Origin: a virus
Lineage: Duplodnaviria; Caudoviricetes
IMG/VR virus record: IMGVR_UViG_3300012665_000810
Span: 1 to 55,310 of that record
Length of the DNA stretch: 55,310 bases
Strand: one strand, 5' to 3'
Positions 11,366 to 21,253 of the stretch are shown piece by piece. The position numbers and the translations under genes were made by a program. Within the stretch, counting starts at the first letter, position 1, and each line of letters opens with the position of its first letter. Under the pieces are notes generated by a model, which saw only the letters and a list, made by a program, of their open reading frames with translations, had not been told where the DNA came from and searched no databases.

Positions 11366-11381
11366 GTGGAAAATAAACTGC

Positions 11382-11819
11382 TCAGATAATAGTTCGATTA
11401 CTTCTATCAAAATCAAACGTTAGCCTTTCATTTAAATTAAAAGGCAAATATATCAGCTCAGCTTCTATTCTTATTCCTTGATCTGTACTGTCTACTATTA
11501 CAGAATTCACCGCAATTCTTGGATCATAATTGATTATAGTTTGAACATCATCAGAAATCATTTTTTTAACGTCTTCAGTAAATGGCTCAAACAGCAGATC
11601 CCAAATTACTGTCCCAAAGTCGGGATTTTCTAATTTTTCGCCTTTGCGAATATAAAAATGATTCAACAAATCTTGCTTAACTAGATCAATGTCAAACAGC
11701 TTAAATCCTTTTTTTGTTTCATTACTGCTAAACCCTTTGTAGGTAAAAGCCGATATACTTTGATTTCCAACAGAAGCGGTATTAGATGCTACTGTTTTTT
11801 GATTATATAATTTTGCCAT
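11382..11819 (-). CDS. gp25: Baseplate wedge subunit / sheath initiator, gp25-like
   Basis: DIDLVKQDLLNHFYIRKGEKLENPDFGTVIWDLLFEP...YDPRI matches the GPW/gp25 pattern; start overlaps the gp5-like stop (TAATG). Confidence 0.9.
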   Translation of the reverse strand: MAKLYNQKTVASNTASVGNQSISAFTYKGFSSNETKKGFKLFDIDLVKQDLLNHFYIRKGEKLENPDFGTVIWDLLFEPFTEDVKKMISDDVQTIINYDPRIAVNSVIVDSTDQGIRIEAELIYLPFNLNERLTFDFDRSNRTII

Positions 11820-13450
11820 TATGTTACATCCCTATCTGTATTGTCTGGAGTATAAAACGACGGAGCAAAGTTTTCATGTAGTGGCCAGGGTTCGTGCATT
11901 GGCAACCGCTTCATAATGCTTTCTAACGGCTCTGCTTTTAGGTATTTGGTTTTTGCCCAGTCTTGTGTACCGTCGGTTACAATATTTTCATGCAACGGTA
12001 GTACTTCTACTTTTGTTGCATCTGTTGCCTTTGTTGCTGTCGGAGCTGCAGGACCATTTAAATTAATTTTTCCACCAGTCATCACAATATTTGCTCCGCC
12101 AAGACTTGCATCACCAGTTGACGTCATCTTCATGGTTCCTGCAATGCTGATATCGGCTGCGGCTCCAGACGTAATTTTTGTTTCTTTTCCGCTTTTAATG
12201 TCTAATGTACCAGTGGATGTAATTTTATTATTTCCCTTGGTGTTTATATCAACATTCCCTACCGTAGTAATAAGTCCGTCTTTTCCTATCACTATTTCTA
12301 AATTTGTCGCAACGTCTGCATGAAGTCTGCCTTCTACTGATCTAAGATTTATATTTCTTCCGGCTTCTATATTAACGTCTCTATCTGCACGGAAATTTAA
12401 ATCATTTTCTGTATGGATACTTACACTGTCTTGTGCATAGATATCTAATTTTCCGTTACTGGTCATTTCAATCCACGTTGTTCCTCGAGCATTACCGATG
12501 TAAATTAAATCTTCGCTATTATGCAAAAGTATTTGATGTCCAGTTCTAGTACGGACTCTAAAATATTCATTGTAAGGAATGTTAGGGTCGCCCTTTTCTC
12601 CAGCTAGAATATCTGCGTATTCGACGCCGCCTTCGCTTGCTGATTTTTTACGTTGATACTGATCGTCACCGTCGTCCATTACTAGCTGTGTGCCGCCTAA
12701 TCGGCTAACTGGAACTGGAGTAGGGCTATGAGAGTCTTTTCTTCCAACGTAAGATTTTTTGGCGCCTGCACGTTTATCTAGTGGGCCAGGAGTACTAATC
12801 CCAAACACCATATTAGGAATATCTCGACGAACTGAAGAATTTGTTACACCTCGAATGTCATCTTCGAGTGTTCCTTGCTCTAAAAATCTATCTGCAATAG
12901 GATGCACTGGTCTCTTAATTTTGTCAACGCTTGCCCCTTTAGTAAGATCGTTCGCTTTTCTGTTAACTTCAGCAACTGGTAATTGAGCAGTGGTTCCGTA
13001 CTTGGATTTGTCTGCAGGACTTATATCAACTTGACTTGATCCGCCAATTGCAGGTATCATGTTGTTTGCAAATTTAGACGGAATGCAACCTATCCAATAT
13101 CCTTCCGACGGATTTCCATCAACAAACATAACCATAACTGTTACACCAACATCGGGCGGAACAAACCACATACCATAACTTTTTTGCGTATCATTATAGG
13201 CATCGGAATTTCCTGTATTTGTGCCCATGAATTCGTATGAGGTACTTCCAAAGAACGGAGTCATGTATTTGACCACATATGTTTGGCCGTCAGCACCTAC
13301 TGAGTTTCCTTGGTCGCGAAGTAGTGTTACCTCTAAACTTGACATAAATGACGGGTCAAGATGACTCACTACCTTTGCTAGGTAGGGACCTGTTCCAATG
13401 CCTGCTTTAGCTTGGGCAAGTTGTTCCGAACTTCTTCCTTCTATTGCCAT
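11819..13450 (-). CDS. gp5: Baseplate central spike, gp5/VgrG-like, with no lysozyme domain
   Basis: OB-fold motif SYGMWFVPPDVGVTVMVMFVDGNPSEGYWIGC, RTRTGHQILLHNSED, beta-helix repeats, His-containing tip PMHEPWPLHE. Confidence 0.8.
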   Translation of the reverse strand: MAIEGRSSEQLAQAKAGIGTGPYLAKVVSHLDPSFMSSLEVTLLRDQGNSVGADGQTYVVKYMTPFFGSTSYEFMGTNTGNSDAYNDTQKSYGMWFVPPDVGVTVMVMFVDGNPSEGYWIGCIPSKFANNMIPAIGGSSQVDISPADKSKYGTTAQLPVAEVNRKANDLTKGASVDKIKRPVHPIADRFLEQGTLEDDIRGVTNSSVRRDIPNMVFGISTPGPLDKRAGAKKSYVGRKDSHSPTPVPVSRLGGTQLVMDDGDDQYQRKKSASEGGVEYADILAGEKGDPNIPYNEYFRVRTRTGHQILLHNSEDLIYIGNARGTTWIEMTSNGKLDIYAQDSVSIHTENDLNFRADRDVNIEAGRNINLRSVEGRLHADVATNLEIVIGKDGLITTVGNVDINTKGNNKITSTGTLDIKSGKETKITSGAAADISIAGTMKMTSTGDASLGGANIVMTGGKINLNGPAAPTATKATDATKVEVLPLHENIVTDGTQDWAKTKYLKAEPLESIMKRLPMHEPWPLHENFAPSFYTPDNTDRDVT

Positions 13451-13453
13451 ATT

Positions 13454-15808
13454 TTATCCGTAAAAATCGTTAAGATCATCTGGTGGTGTGAATCCTTCGT
13501 CGGCCAATACTGTATCATCAATTGGGGATGTTGGTTCTTTTTGTACACCGTCGATTGCTTTCAATGCCGATGTAGTAACATTTGTCGGTACTTTGCCTTG
13601 GAAGTCGCTAGCTTGTAACGGCATTCTGATTGCTTTAAGACTCTGTTTGAATACACCATCGTTCACTATGTGATCTACTTTGATCACTTTATAAATTCCG
13701 CTGAACGGACTATCTGCATTATCAACAAACAAATAATCACCGTTATCTTCTTTTGGCTCAATTGGACTTCTAAATCTTAGATACACAAAAGAATCACCTG
13801 CTTCATAATTAACCGCGCCATCGGCGGTTGATAAAGATGTAGGATCTGCACCAGCAATATAACCGCCAACTCCGCTGTCGGACAACCAATAAGAATCGCC
13901 CATAATATCAAAATTAATAGAAATTAAATCAATAGTATTAGATAAAAATGCTTTATGAAATTGGGTTGCAATATCAGTAGCTGTTGTGATGTTTCCTGAA
14001 CCGCCCATTAGTTTTTTGGCGGCTGCAGGATCTGGTTTAGCCGAAGGGGTACCTGTTGGCGAAAATTGAGTTTCTGCTCCGGCTGTACCTGTGTCGATTG
14101 TTGATTTTTCAATATCTTCATTTCCAGCACTATTGATATCTCGGTTAGTTGTTCTACCGCCAGTACCGTCTGACGTTGGAGCAATAGCAGTATAAAAGGC
14201 ATTGTTAATTTGTATATCAAATTTTATTAGATCATTATTCTGTCCAGTGTAGATATAATCATATTGTTTAACAATTTTATCAGTTAGCTCAGGATAGCCG
14301 ACTGGTGCCGATGTTGGGTTTGCAAACACTGAACTGTGTACACGATATGGCATTACTCGAATAATTAATTTTTTAGCTTTTTTATTTCTTGCAGTATCGT
14401 TTCCTAAAAATTGAACTTGCATATCAATTCTAAACCAATTAATAAACCCGTTATCCCAATTTTCTGGTTTTAAATTTTTCTTTCCGTAGTCGCTTTCTAT
14501 AATAATATTTGTTATAATTTGTGTTATAGAAGTATTTTGAGAATACTGAAATGTTCGTTTTTTAGCATCAACTGACACTTTATTAAGATCAACTTTGCCT
14601 GAAATTTCATCATAAACTTGTGAAGCTTTCGGTGCTACGTAATTGCCGGCGGAATCAATTTGAAAGTTAAACGATGCGTTACCGATTGTATTTTCTGTGA
14701 ATGACTCTTCAGTTAAAACATTTTTTACCGACTTGGCTGTAACTGTTCCAACAGATCCAATATTAACAACAGCACCACCTGTTTCTTCATCGTCCACTCC
14801 AGGAATTGGATCTGCCGATGTAGTTGGAAAATGTATTTCGTATTTGTCAGGTAGTGCCCCTGGAATTTCACTTGCTGTTTTTATTTGAAAAGCGTTAAGC
14901 ACAGATACAAGACTTCGTTCACTGGTTACTAATGCTTCCTTTACAGTATCACCTACTAAGGAAACATCGCTATAGACCTTGTTTGCAATGTCACTAAATG
15001 CTGCATGGTTTAATGGGATTGCTTCAAATTTGTAAGTGCTTCCGCCTTCGGTAACTGTAAAGTTTGATCTTTTTAACTGCACTGTATAAAATCTAGGAAT
15101 AACGTCAATATAAGAGTTTCCTTGATCATCAAATCCCACAAATTCTATTTTTATACAAAAAGGTGCGTCAAGATAATTAGCGACTCCTGCTTGTATTGAA
15201 GCATATTGAAGACTTTGTAAAAATAGACCCATGCTATATGGTTCATATACATCAAATGACATGTTAACTCCTGTTGAAGAGCCAGTGTCTGGAGACCCAG
15301 TTAACACTTGTGTCATTTGAAAATTGTTAATAAAATATTCAGGCGTACCCGATGCTGTCCTAGCACGAGACTCGTCGTACCTTCCTGCAGAACTTATTAC
15401 TACTTGACCTTCACTAAACCCAGTATTTCTATATAAGAATGGGTTATTGCATTCGTCTGCTGATAGTGCTGCTAATGTAAACAAGGTATTGTACGTGGCA
15501 AATTTTTCTAGAGGATTTGATTCAACTGACCCTAACCCACGCAATCCGTTAAGCGAGGATCCACTTCCTAAGGCATTAACAGTAGCAGAATTTACAACTT
15601 CAGTTGCTGCGGTAGATACCGAACCTAATGTTAAATTTGTTGGAGAAAAATTTGTTAATGATCTGGCAACTGGTGTGCCGTCTGGTTTTGTTACTGCAAG
15701 GCCGCCACCTGTATCTCTAGATAACATGGTACCATCTGAATAAGTTGTTAACTTGCTTCCGTCATCAAATATTTGTGTGACACCAGTGAGATCGTATGTA
15801 ACTGCCAC
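13454..15808 (-). CDS. Baseplate hub protein (gp27-like), 784 aa, GTG start
   Basis: Lies between the gp53-like and gp5-like genes; C-terminal FSGIYKVIKVDHIVNDGVFKQSLKAIR is typical of hub proteins. Confidence 0.65.
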   Translation of the reverse strand: MAVTYDLTGVTQIFDDGSKLTTYSDGTMLSRDTGGGLAVTKPDGTPVARSLTNFSPTNLTLGSVSTAATEVVNSATVNALGSGSSLNGLRGLGSVESNPLEKFATYNTLFTLAALSADECNNPFLYRNTGFSEGQVVISSAGRYDESRARTASGTPEYFINNFQMTQVLTGSPDTGSSTGVNMSFDVYEPYSMGLFLQSLQYASIQAGVANYLDAPFCIKIEFVGFDDQGNSYIDVIPRFYTVQLKRSNFTVTEGGSTYKFEAIPLNHAAFSDIANKVYSDVSLVGDTVKEALVTSERSLVSVLNAFQIKTASEIPGALPDKYEIHFPTTSADPIPGVDDEETGGAVVNIGSVGTVTAKSVKNVLTEESFTENTIGNASFNFQIDSAGNYVAPKASQVYDEISGKVDLNKVSVDAKKRTFQYSQNTSITQIITNIIIESDYGKKNLKPENWDNGFINWFRIDMQVQFLGNDTARNKKAKKLIIRVMPYRVHSSVFANPTSAPVGYPELTDKIVKQYDYIYTGQNNDLIKFDIQINNAFYTAIAPTSDGTGGRTTNRDINSAGNEDIEKSTIDTGTAGAETQFSPTGTPSAKPDPAAAKKLMGGSGNITTATDIATQFHKAFLSNTIDLISINFDIMGDSYWLSDSGVGGYIAGADPTSLSTADGAVNYEAGDSFVYLRFRSPIEPKEDNGDYLFVDNADSPFSGIYKVIKVDHIVNDGVFKQSLKAIRMPLQASDFQGKVPTNVTTSALKAIDGVQKEPTSPIDDTVLADEGFTPPDDLNDFYG

Positions 15809-15809
15809 G

Positions 15810-16109
15810 TTATACTCCTAGGTACTTTTGTAGATTAGCTTTTTTAGGTATATAAATTTGTGCGCCAGGGACAAAGTCAAATATTGGATCTTTTAATACA
15901 TCCATGTTTCGTTGAATGAATACCCACCAAAGTTTTGGGGTTCCGTATAGATCAAATGATAATAAGTCCGGGCGATGATTATATTGATTTTCTATTTTGT
16001 ATAAAAAATCATCTGGTTCTGCAGGCACGGGACGTATTACTAAAGTTTCTAAATATAAATTATTTTGTTTAGATAAAAAATAAGGAGAACTTTTTCGATA
16101 GTTTGCCAT
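15810..16109 (-). CDS. Baseplate wedge protein, gp53/LysM-like
   Basis: RPDLLSFDLYGTPKLWWVF...N...DPIFDF..G..IYIP motif. Confidence 0.8.
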   Translation of the reverse strand: MANYRKSSPYFLSKQNNLYLETLVIRPVPAEPDDFLYKIENQYNHRPDLLSFDLYGTPKLWWVFIQRNMDVLKDPIFDFVPGAQIYIPKKANLQKYLGV

Positions 16110-16110
16110 G

Positions 16111-17241
16111 TTATAGGTATCCTACTGTGCTTACTGTATTGCCGCTGGCAAAATCTTCTAAGCTGAATTGGCGTAGTTTTGATCTATTGTATATTGGTGT
16201 TACTGTAATAGATATTGTACTCATAATAGGTACCCAAGACGGTTGTGTCATAGTTCCCATTTGGCATTTGATATATTGCACATCATCCTTCATATCAAAG
16301 GACGCTGCTTTAACAACAACCGGGACTGAATTAAAAATGTTGCTGCCATACCCGTTAAGTTTACATACGATTGGTGGATTTCCTACATTGGTTCCTGTGC
16401 CGTAAAACATTTTAGTTGCAGTTCTTAAGAATGTTGTAGCTGCAATCCAGTAATATGCATCTTGTTCATCTTCACAACTAAATTCTCCGCTAATAGTAAT
16501 ATCATCAACTTGACTATTTTTATATGCTTGGAAGGGAAAGTTATTGTGTACTGGATCAATTGATGTATAGTTTGCTTTTGTGCTTACTGTAATTTGTGGA
16601 AGATATGGCCAGACTAGACCGCCAGTCTCTTTTAGTGTAGCATTAAAAAGATCAGATTCAAATAATTCCCAATTACAATTTAATCGTACACGCCAGTCGT
16701 TTCCTGGAACTGGGGACATTGAAACTAACGCACCCCTAGACTGAAATAATTGCCCGTTGGCTGGGAGATTTGCGCCGCGTCTTACACTTAGTAAATTATT
16801 AAGCATGCCAGCAGCTTTTGATATATTACCAGCAACTCCTAATAATCCTCCTGCAATATTTCCGCCTGTTAACTTATTAACAGATGCTGCAACATCAGCG
16901 GTTAAATTACTAATTGATCCAGCAGTTCCGCCAATACTTGATACAAGATTATTTGCTTGATTAGCAATACCGCCTAGGGTTCCGCCATTTACACCAAGTG
17001 ACGAAGTTAAACCTTGTATAGATTTTTGGCCTGCATCAATTGCATTACCAATACTTGCGGTTGCTCCGTTGAGCCCGGATCCAATTTCTCCAGCCAATCT
17101 AGACACAGTATTACCTAAATTTACGCCAGACATTGTGCTGGCCATAGAACTTAATGACGCTCCAGACTGCGACATTGCCTTCGATATAGATGACGATAAG
17201 CTAGAAACCAGTGCTGCTTGAGGATTTGTGGGCAAACTCAT
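16111..17241 (-). CDS. Baseplate/tail-tube initiator (gp48/gp54-like) with low-complexity Gly/Ser/Ala N-terminus
   Basis: C-terminal tube-like domain (WPYLPQI...YKNSQVDDITISGEF...GNPPIVCKLNGYG...VPVVV); first gene of the baseplate operon. Confidence 0.6.
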   Translation of the reverse strand: MSLPTNPQAALVSSLSSSISKAMSQSGASLSSMASTMSGVNLGNTVSRLAGEIGSGLNGATASIGNAIDAGQKSIQGLTSSLGVNGGTLGGIANQANNLVSSIGGTAGSISNLTADVAASVNKLTGGNIAGGLLGVAGNISKAAGMLNNLLSVRRGANLPANGQLFQSRGALVSMSPVPGNDWRVRLNCNWELFESDLFNATLKETGGLVWPYLPQITVSTKANYTSIDPVHNNFPFQAYKNSQVDDITISGEFSCEDEQDAYYWIAATTFLRTATKMFYGTGTNVGNPPIVCKLNGYGSNIFNSVPVVVKAASFDMKDDVQYIKCQMGTMTQPSWVPIMSTISITVTPIYNRSKLRQFSLEDFASGNTVSTVGYL

Positions 17242-17263
17242 TGTAATTTTTCTCCCTTTAGTC

Positions 17264-17271
17264 TATTTATT
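17264..17271 (-). promoter_or_regulatory. T4-type late promoter (AATAAATA) for the baseplate operon
   Basis: TAAATA core about 23 nt upstream of ATG 17241, followed by an AAGGGAG Shine-Dalgarno. Confidence 0.65.
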
Positions 17272-17283
17272 TCTTTAAAAATG

Positions 17284-17292
17284 TGCTATTAT
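17284..17292 (+). promoter_or_regulatory. Possible extended -10 host-RNAP promoter for gp55
   Basis: TGcTATTAT upstream of SD AGGAG and ATG 17318; no clear -35. Confidence 0.4.
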
Positions 17293-17317
17293 ATAAGTAA
17301 TAGGAGAATCTAAACTA

Positions 17318-18199
17318 ATGACTATAACTACTGTACCGAAGATAAAGTACTTGACAAACAAGGATCTATTAAAAGAGATCCATCTCAGCAAAAACACATA
17401 TTGTTCCTTTACTGACAAAGCATTTGCTGATTATGATATGATTGTCCCCAATTTGGCAAAGATTAATATTAGAACAATTGCCGAAGCTAAAAGAAACCGT
17501 GCAAGTCGATTGGCAAAACTAGCACATGAAGCTGCTGTACTAGCAACCGGTAAGAAACAAAGTGCCAAAGATTTTGAAATTGATTATAAGAAAATTGCTA
17601 AAACAGATGTAGTGTTTCGTGTAATGACATTTGAGCATGTTCCATTAGCACCGGGTCGCAAAAAGACTTTAAAGAATACTGCCGATAGTCATGAAAAAGT
17701 AAATTTTCCTCCATTCCAACATTGGAAATTTGACGACAACGACAATTTAATTTTAGTAGGCAAAAGTCACTGGAAGGGAGATTTTACTACAGGGACTTTT
17801 AATAAAGAGCACGGCATGATGACTAATAATCTAGCCCGTATGTTTATTAAACTTTGTGAGCGATATGCAACTAGAGGAAACGTCCGTGGATATACTTACA
17901 ACGATGAAATGCGTGGGCAAGCAATTTTACAGCTTACTCAAATTGGTCTACAGTTCGATGAAAGCAAATCTGATAATCCTTTTGCTTATTATACTGCTGC
18001 TGTTACAAATTCATTTGTTAGAATCATCAACATTGAAAAACGCAATCAAAATATCCGAGACGACATACTCGAAATGAATGGAATGAATCCAAGTTGGACT
18101 AGACAGAACAGTGGTGGCGGAGCAAATACCGCTGCCGGACCAACAACTATCACTACAGGTGGAGCAAGTATCGACGGCGGTGGAGGAGATTGGGATTGA
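17318..18199 (+). CDS. gp55: Late-transcription sigma factor, gp55-like
   Basis: YLTNKDLLKEI at the N-terminus and GYTYNDEMRGQAI...FDESKSDNPFAYYTAAVTNSFVRIINIEKR resemble T4 gp55; upstream of gp47/gp46 as in T4. Confidence 0.85.
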   Translation: MTITTVPKIKYLTNKDLLKEIHLSKNTYCSFTDKAFADYDMIVPNLAKINIRTIAEAKRNRASRLAKLAHEAAVLATGKKQSAKDFEIDYKKIAKTDVVFRVMTFEHVPLAPGRKKTLKNTADSHEKVNFPPFQHWKFDDNDNLILVGKSHWKGDFTTGTFNKEHGMMTNNLARMFIKLCERYATRGNVRGYTYNDEMRGQAILQLTQIGLQFDESKSDNPFAYYTAAVTNSFVRIINIEKRNQNIRDDILEMNGMNPSWTRQNSGGGANTAAGPTTITTGGASIDGGGGDWD

Positions 18200-18224
18200 C
18201 CTAGTGTTGTAAGTGTGTTACAAT
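18196..18224 (+). promoter_or_regulatory. Sigma70-type promoter for the gp47-gp46-GIY-YIG operon
   Basis: TTGACC (18196-18201), 17 nt spacer, TACAAT (18219-18224) with a TG extension; SD AAGGAG follows. Confidence 0.7.
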
Positions 18225-18240
18225 AATAAAGGAGATCACA

Positions 18241-19251
18241 ATGTCATTATTCAAAAAAGTAGCTTGTTTTACCGATATACATTTCGGACTCAAATCTGGT
18301 AGTAGAACTCATAATCAAGATTGCGAAGATTTTGTTTCTTGGTTCTGTGAAACTGCCAAAGCACAAGGTTGCGAAACTGCAATCTTCCTAGGTGACTGGC
18401 ATCATAATCGTAGTACTACAGACGTAAGTACTATGAACTATACGGTGTCAAACTTAGAACGTCTAAGCCAATCTTTCGAAAAAGTATATTTCATTCTAGG
18501 CAATCACGATTTATTCTATAAAGACAAGCGAGAAATTAACTCTATTGAGTTTATGCGCCTGTTTCCAAACGTTATTCCTATCAAGGAAACACTAGTAGAG
18601 GGCGATGTTACTATCATGCCTTGGCTAGTAGGCGACGAATGGAAGGATGTTCCTAAGATGAAGAGCCGTTATATCTTTGGACATTTAGAATTACCCTTGT
18701 TCTATATGAATGCTATGGTACAAATGCCAGATCATGGACAATTACAAGCAGGACATTTTGGTAATCAGGAATATGTGTTTAGTGGTCACTTCCATAAACG
18801 TCAAAGCAAGGGTAATGTAACCTATATTGGCAACGCATTCCCACACAACTACGCAGACGCCGGCGACGACGATCGCGGTATGATGATATTAGAGTGGGGT
18901 GGTAAGCCGGAATATCATACATGGCCTGATCAACCCACATTTAGAACATACAAGTTAAGTCAGATTATTGATGCTCCGGATGCATTGTTACGTAAAAAGA
19001 TGCATTGTCGAGTAACTATTGACCTTCCTATTAGTTTCGAAGAAGCAAACTTTATTCGTGAAACATTTATACCACAGTATAATTTACGTGAACTAATGTT
19101 AATTCCTGAAAAAGTAGAAGTTGAATCAAATTCAACGCCCGTCGACATTACATTTGAAAGTGTAGATACAATTGTTATGAACCAAATTAATGCTATCGAT
19201 AGTTCAGCATACGACAAAAATCTATTATTGGATATCTATAAAGATCTATGA
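18241..19251 (+). CDS. gp47: Recombination endonuclease subunit (Mre11/SbcD-like)
   Basis: Metallophosphoesterase motifs DIHFG, GDWHH, GNHD, GHLE, SGHFH. Confidence 0.95.
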   Translation: MSLFKKVACFTDIHFGLKSGSRTHNQDCEDFVSWFCETAKAQGCETAIFLGDWHHNRSTTDVSTMNYTVSNLERLSQSFEKVYFILGNHDLFYKDKREINSIEFMRLFPNVIPIKETLVEGDVTIMPWLVGDEWKDVPKMKSRYIFGHLELPLFYMNAMVQMPDHGQLQAGHFGNQEYVFSGHFHKRQSKGNVTYIGNAFPHNYADAGDDDRGMMILEWGGKPEYHTWPDQPTFRTYKLSQIIDAPDALLRKKMHCRVTIDLPISFEEANFIRETFIPQYNLRELMLIPEKVEVESNSTPVDITFESVDTIVMNQINAIDSSAYDKNLLLDIYKDL

Positions 19252-21026
19252 TTAAAATTAAAAACCTAACTGTTCGTAATTTTATGAGCGTGGGCAATCA
19301 GACCCAAGCCATCGACTTTGACAAAGGACAACTCACTTTAGTCTTAGGTGAAAACCTAGATCTAGGTGGTGATGATAGTGGAGCTCGCAATGGCACTGGT
19401 AAGACTACTATTATTAACGGACTTAGCTATGCTATATATGGTCAAGCTCTAACAAATATCAAACGTGATAACCTTATTAACAAGATCAACAGCAAAGGCA
19501 TGTTGGTAACTGTTACTTTTGAAAAAGATGGCGTTGAATATCACATCGAACGAGGTCGAAAACCTAACGTCTTAAAATTTAGTATTAACGGTCAAGAACA
19601 ACAATTGAGTGATCTAGATGAAAGTCAAGGCGACAGCCGCGAAACTCAAAAGTCTATCGAAGAAATGATTAACATGAGTCACGAGATGTTTAAACATCTT
19701 GTGGCGTTGAACACCTATACTGAACCGTTTCTAGCTATGAAGGCGGGTGATCAACGTAGTATTATTGAGCAGTTGCTAGGTATTACTTTGCTATCAGAAA
19801 AAGCAGAAGCTCTTAAAGAACAAATTCGTTTAAGTAAAGATCATATTCAGACTGAAAACACAAGAATTGAAACTGTTAAGGCTAGCAATGCACGTATTCA
19901 ACAGAGTATTGATGCATTAGAAAGAAAACAAAGTATTTGGGATGATACTAAAGAAAAAAATATTGAGAATCTATTAAAAAGTATCGATGTATTAAGCCAT
20001 ATTGATGCAGAAGCTGAAATTGCAGCACATAAAGAACTTGCTGCATTTAACCAAAAGCGTAAAGACATCGACGATTTAACTAAGGCTATCAGTCGTGCAG
20101 AGTTAGACGAAGCACGAGAGACAAAACAAATTGAAAAACTTAAAAAAGAAATTAAAGATTTAGAAGATCATAAATGTTATGCATGCGGTCAAGACCTTCA
20201 CGACAGTAAACATGAAGAAGTACTAGAATCTAAAAAGAAAGCTCTGCAAGAATCTGCATTGCAAGCATTGAGTACAAACACACAATGGATAGAACTAACT
20301 GACGCTCTTAAAGAATTAGGAGAACTAGGCAATTGTCCTAAAGTGCAGTATGATACATTAGAAGAAGCACTTAATCATAAAAACACAGTTATTAGTTTAG
20401 AAAAAGACCTAGTGTTAAAAGAAGCTGAAACTAATCCGTACTTAGAACAAATTGAAGAGTTGCGTAAAACTGCTGTACAAGAAATTGACTGGGAAGCTGT
20501 TAACGAATTAACAAGGATTAAAGATCACCAAGAGTTCCTATACAAACTATTAACAAATAAAGATAGTTTTGTTCGCAAACGAATCATTGATCAAAATCTA
20601 GCATTCTTAAATCAGCGATTAACCTATTATCTTGATAGAATTGGACTTCCGCACATTGTTGAGTTTCAGAATGATCTAAGTGTTATTATTACACAGTTAG
20701 GTCAAGATCTTGATTTTGATAATCTTTCACGTGGAGAGCGTAATAGATTAATCTTATCTATGAGCTGGGCTTTCCGAGATGTATGGGAGAATCTGTATCA
20801 TCCTATTAATTTACTGTTCATCGACGAATTAGTAGATTCGGGCATGGATGCAAGCGGGGTAGAATCTAGTATTGCTGTGCTTAAGAAAATGACTCGTGAG
20901 CGTAACAAGAATGTATTCTTAATTTCACATAGAGATGATCTAACTAGTCGTGTTAATCATGTTCTTAAAGTTATTAAGGAGAACGGATTCACTAGTTATA
21001 GCAACGATGTGGAGATTGTTGCTTGA
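19248..21026 (+). CDS. gp46: Recombination ATPase subunit (Rad50/SbcC-like)
   Basis: Walker A NGTGKTT, coiled coil with zinc hook CYACG, signature LSRGE, Walker B LLFIDE, H-loop ISHR. Confidence 0.95.
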   Translation: MIKIKNLTVRNFMSVGNQTQAIDFDKGQLTLVLGENLDLGGDDSGARNGTGKTTIINGLSYAIYGQALTNIKRDNLINKINSKGMLVTVTFEKDGVEYHIERGRKPNVLKFSINGQEQQLSDLDESQGDSRETQKSIEEMINMSHEMFKHLVALNTYTEPFLAMKAGDQRSIIEQLLGITLLSEKAEALKEQIRLSKDHIQTENTRIETVKASNARIQQSIDALERKQSIWDDTKEKNIENLLKSIDVLSHIDAEAEIAAHKELAAFNQKRKDIDDLTKAISRAELDEARETKQIEKLKKEIKDLEDHKCYACGQDLHDSKHEEVLESKKKALQESALQALSTNTQWIELTDALKELGELGNCPKVQYDTLEEALNHKNTVISLEKDLVLKEAETNPYLEQIEELRKTAVQEIDWEAVNELTRIKDHQEFLYKLLTNKDSFVRKRIIDQNLAFLNQRLTYYLDRIGLPHIVEFQNDLSVIITQLGQDLDFDNLSRGERNRLILSMSWAFRDVWENLYHPINLLFIDELVDSGMDASGVESSIAVLKKMTRERNKNVFLISHRDDLTSRVNHVLKVIKENGFTSYSNDVEIVA

Positions 21027-21253
21027 CAACCGAAGCTCACGATAAAATGATTGCTGCTTTTCAGGAATATTTTAAGTGGCAAGAACGATTTGAATACAAA
21101 GGCTCAGACGAAGCAGGCATTAAGGCACGATATTGGCTATCAGAAATACGCAATGAAGCAAGTACCCGCAGAATAGAAATACAGGCAAAGCGTGAAGAAC
21201 GCAAAAAATCCAGAAAAGGCATGATAGGCAGACCGCCCAAGGTAACTAAATGA
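21023..21253 (+). CDS. Small basic protein, Hc1 (histone H1-like) family-like, with an AT-hook-like tail
   Basis: F..KG...AG.KAR..LSEI......RR.EIQ pattern; C-terminal KKSRKGMIGRPPK; TTG start overlapping the gp46 stop. Confidence 0.55.
   Translation: MTTEAHDKMIAAFQEYFKWQERFEYKGSDEAGIKARYWLSEIRNEASTRRIEIQAKREERKKSRKGMIGRPPKVTK

Noticed and set aside
704-16960. Numerous + strand ORFs in the track (704, 6798, 8696, 9140, 10964, 11916, 12759, 13412, 13488, 14697, 15447, 16103, 16757)
   Set aside because: Antisense shadows of the long minus-strand baseplate genes, without RBS or plausible protein features.
21001-21022. AGATTGTT at 21013-21020 as a target of the second 8-nt loop segment
   Set aside because: A single 8-mer match is expected by chance in 55 kb of AT-rich DNA, and the partner segment does not match at a consistent spacing.
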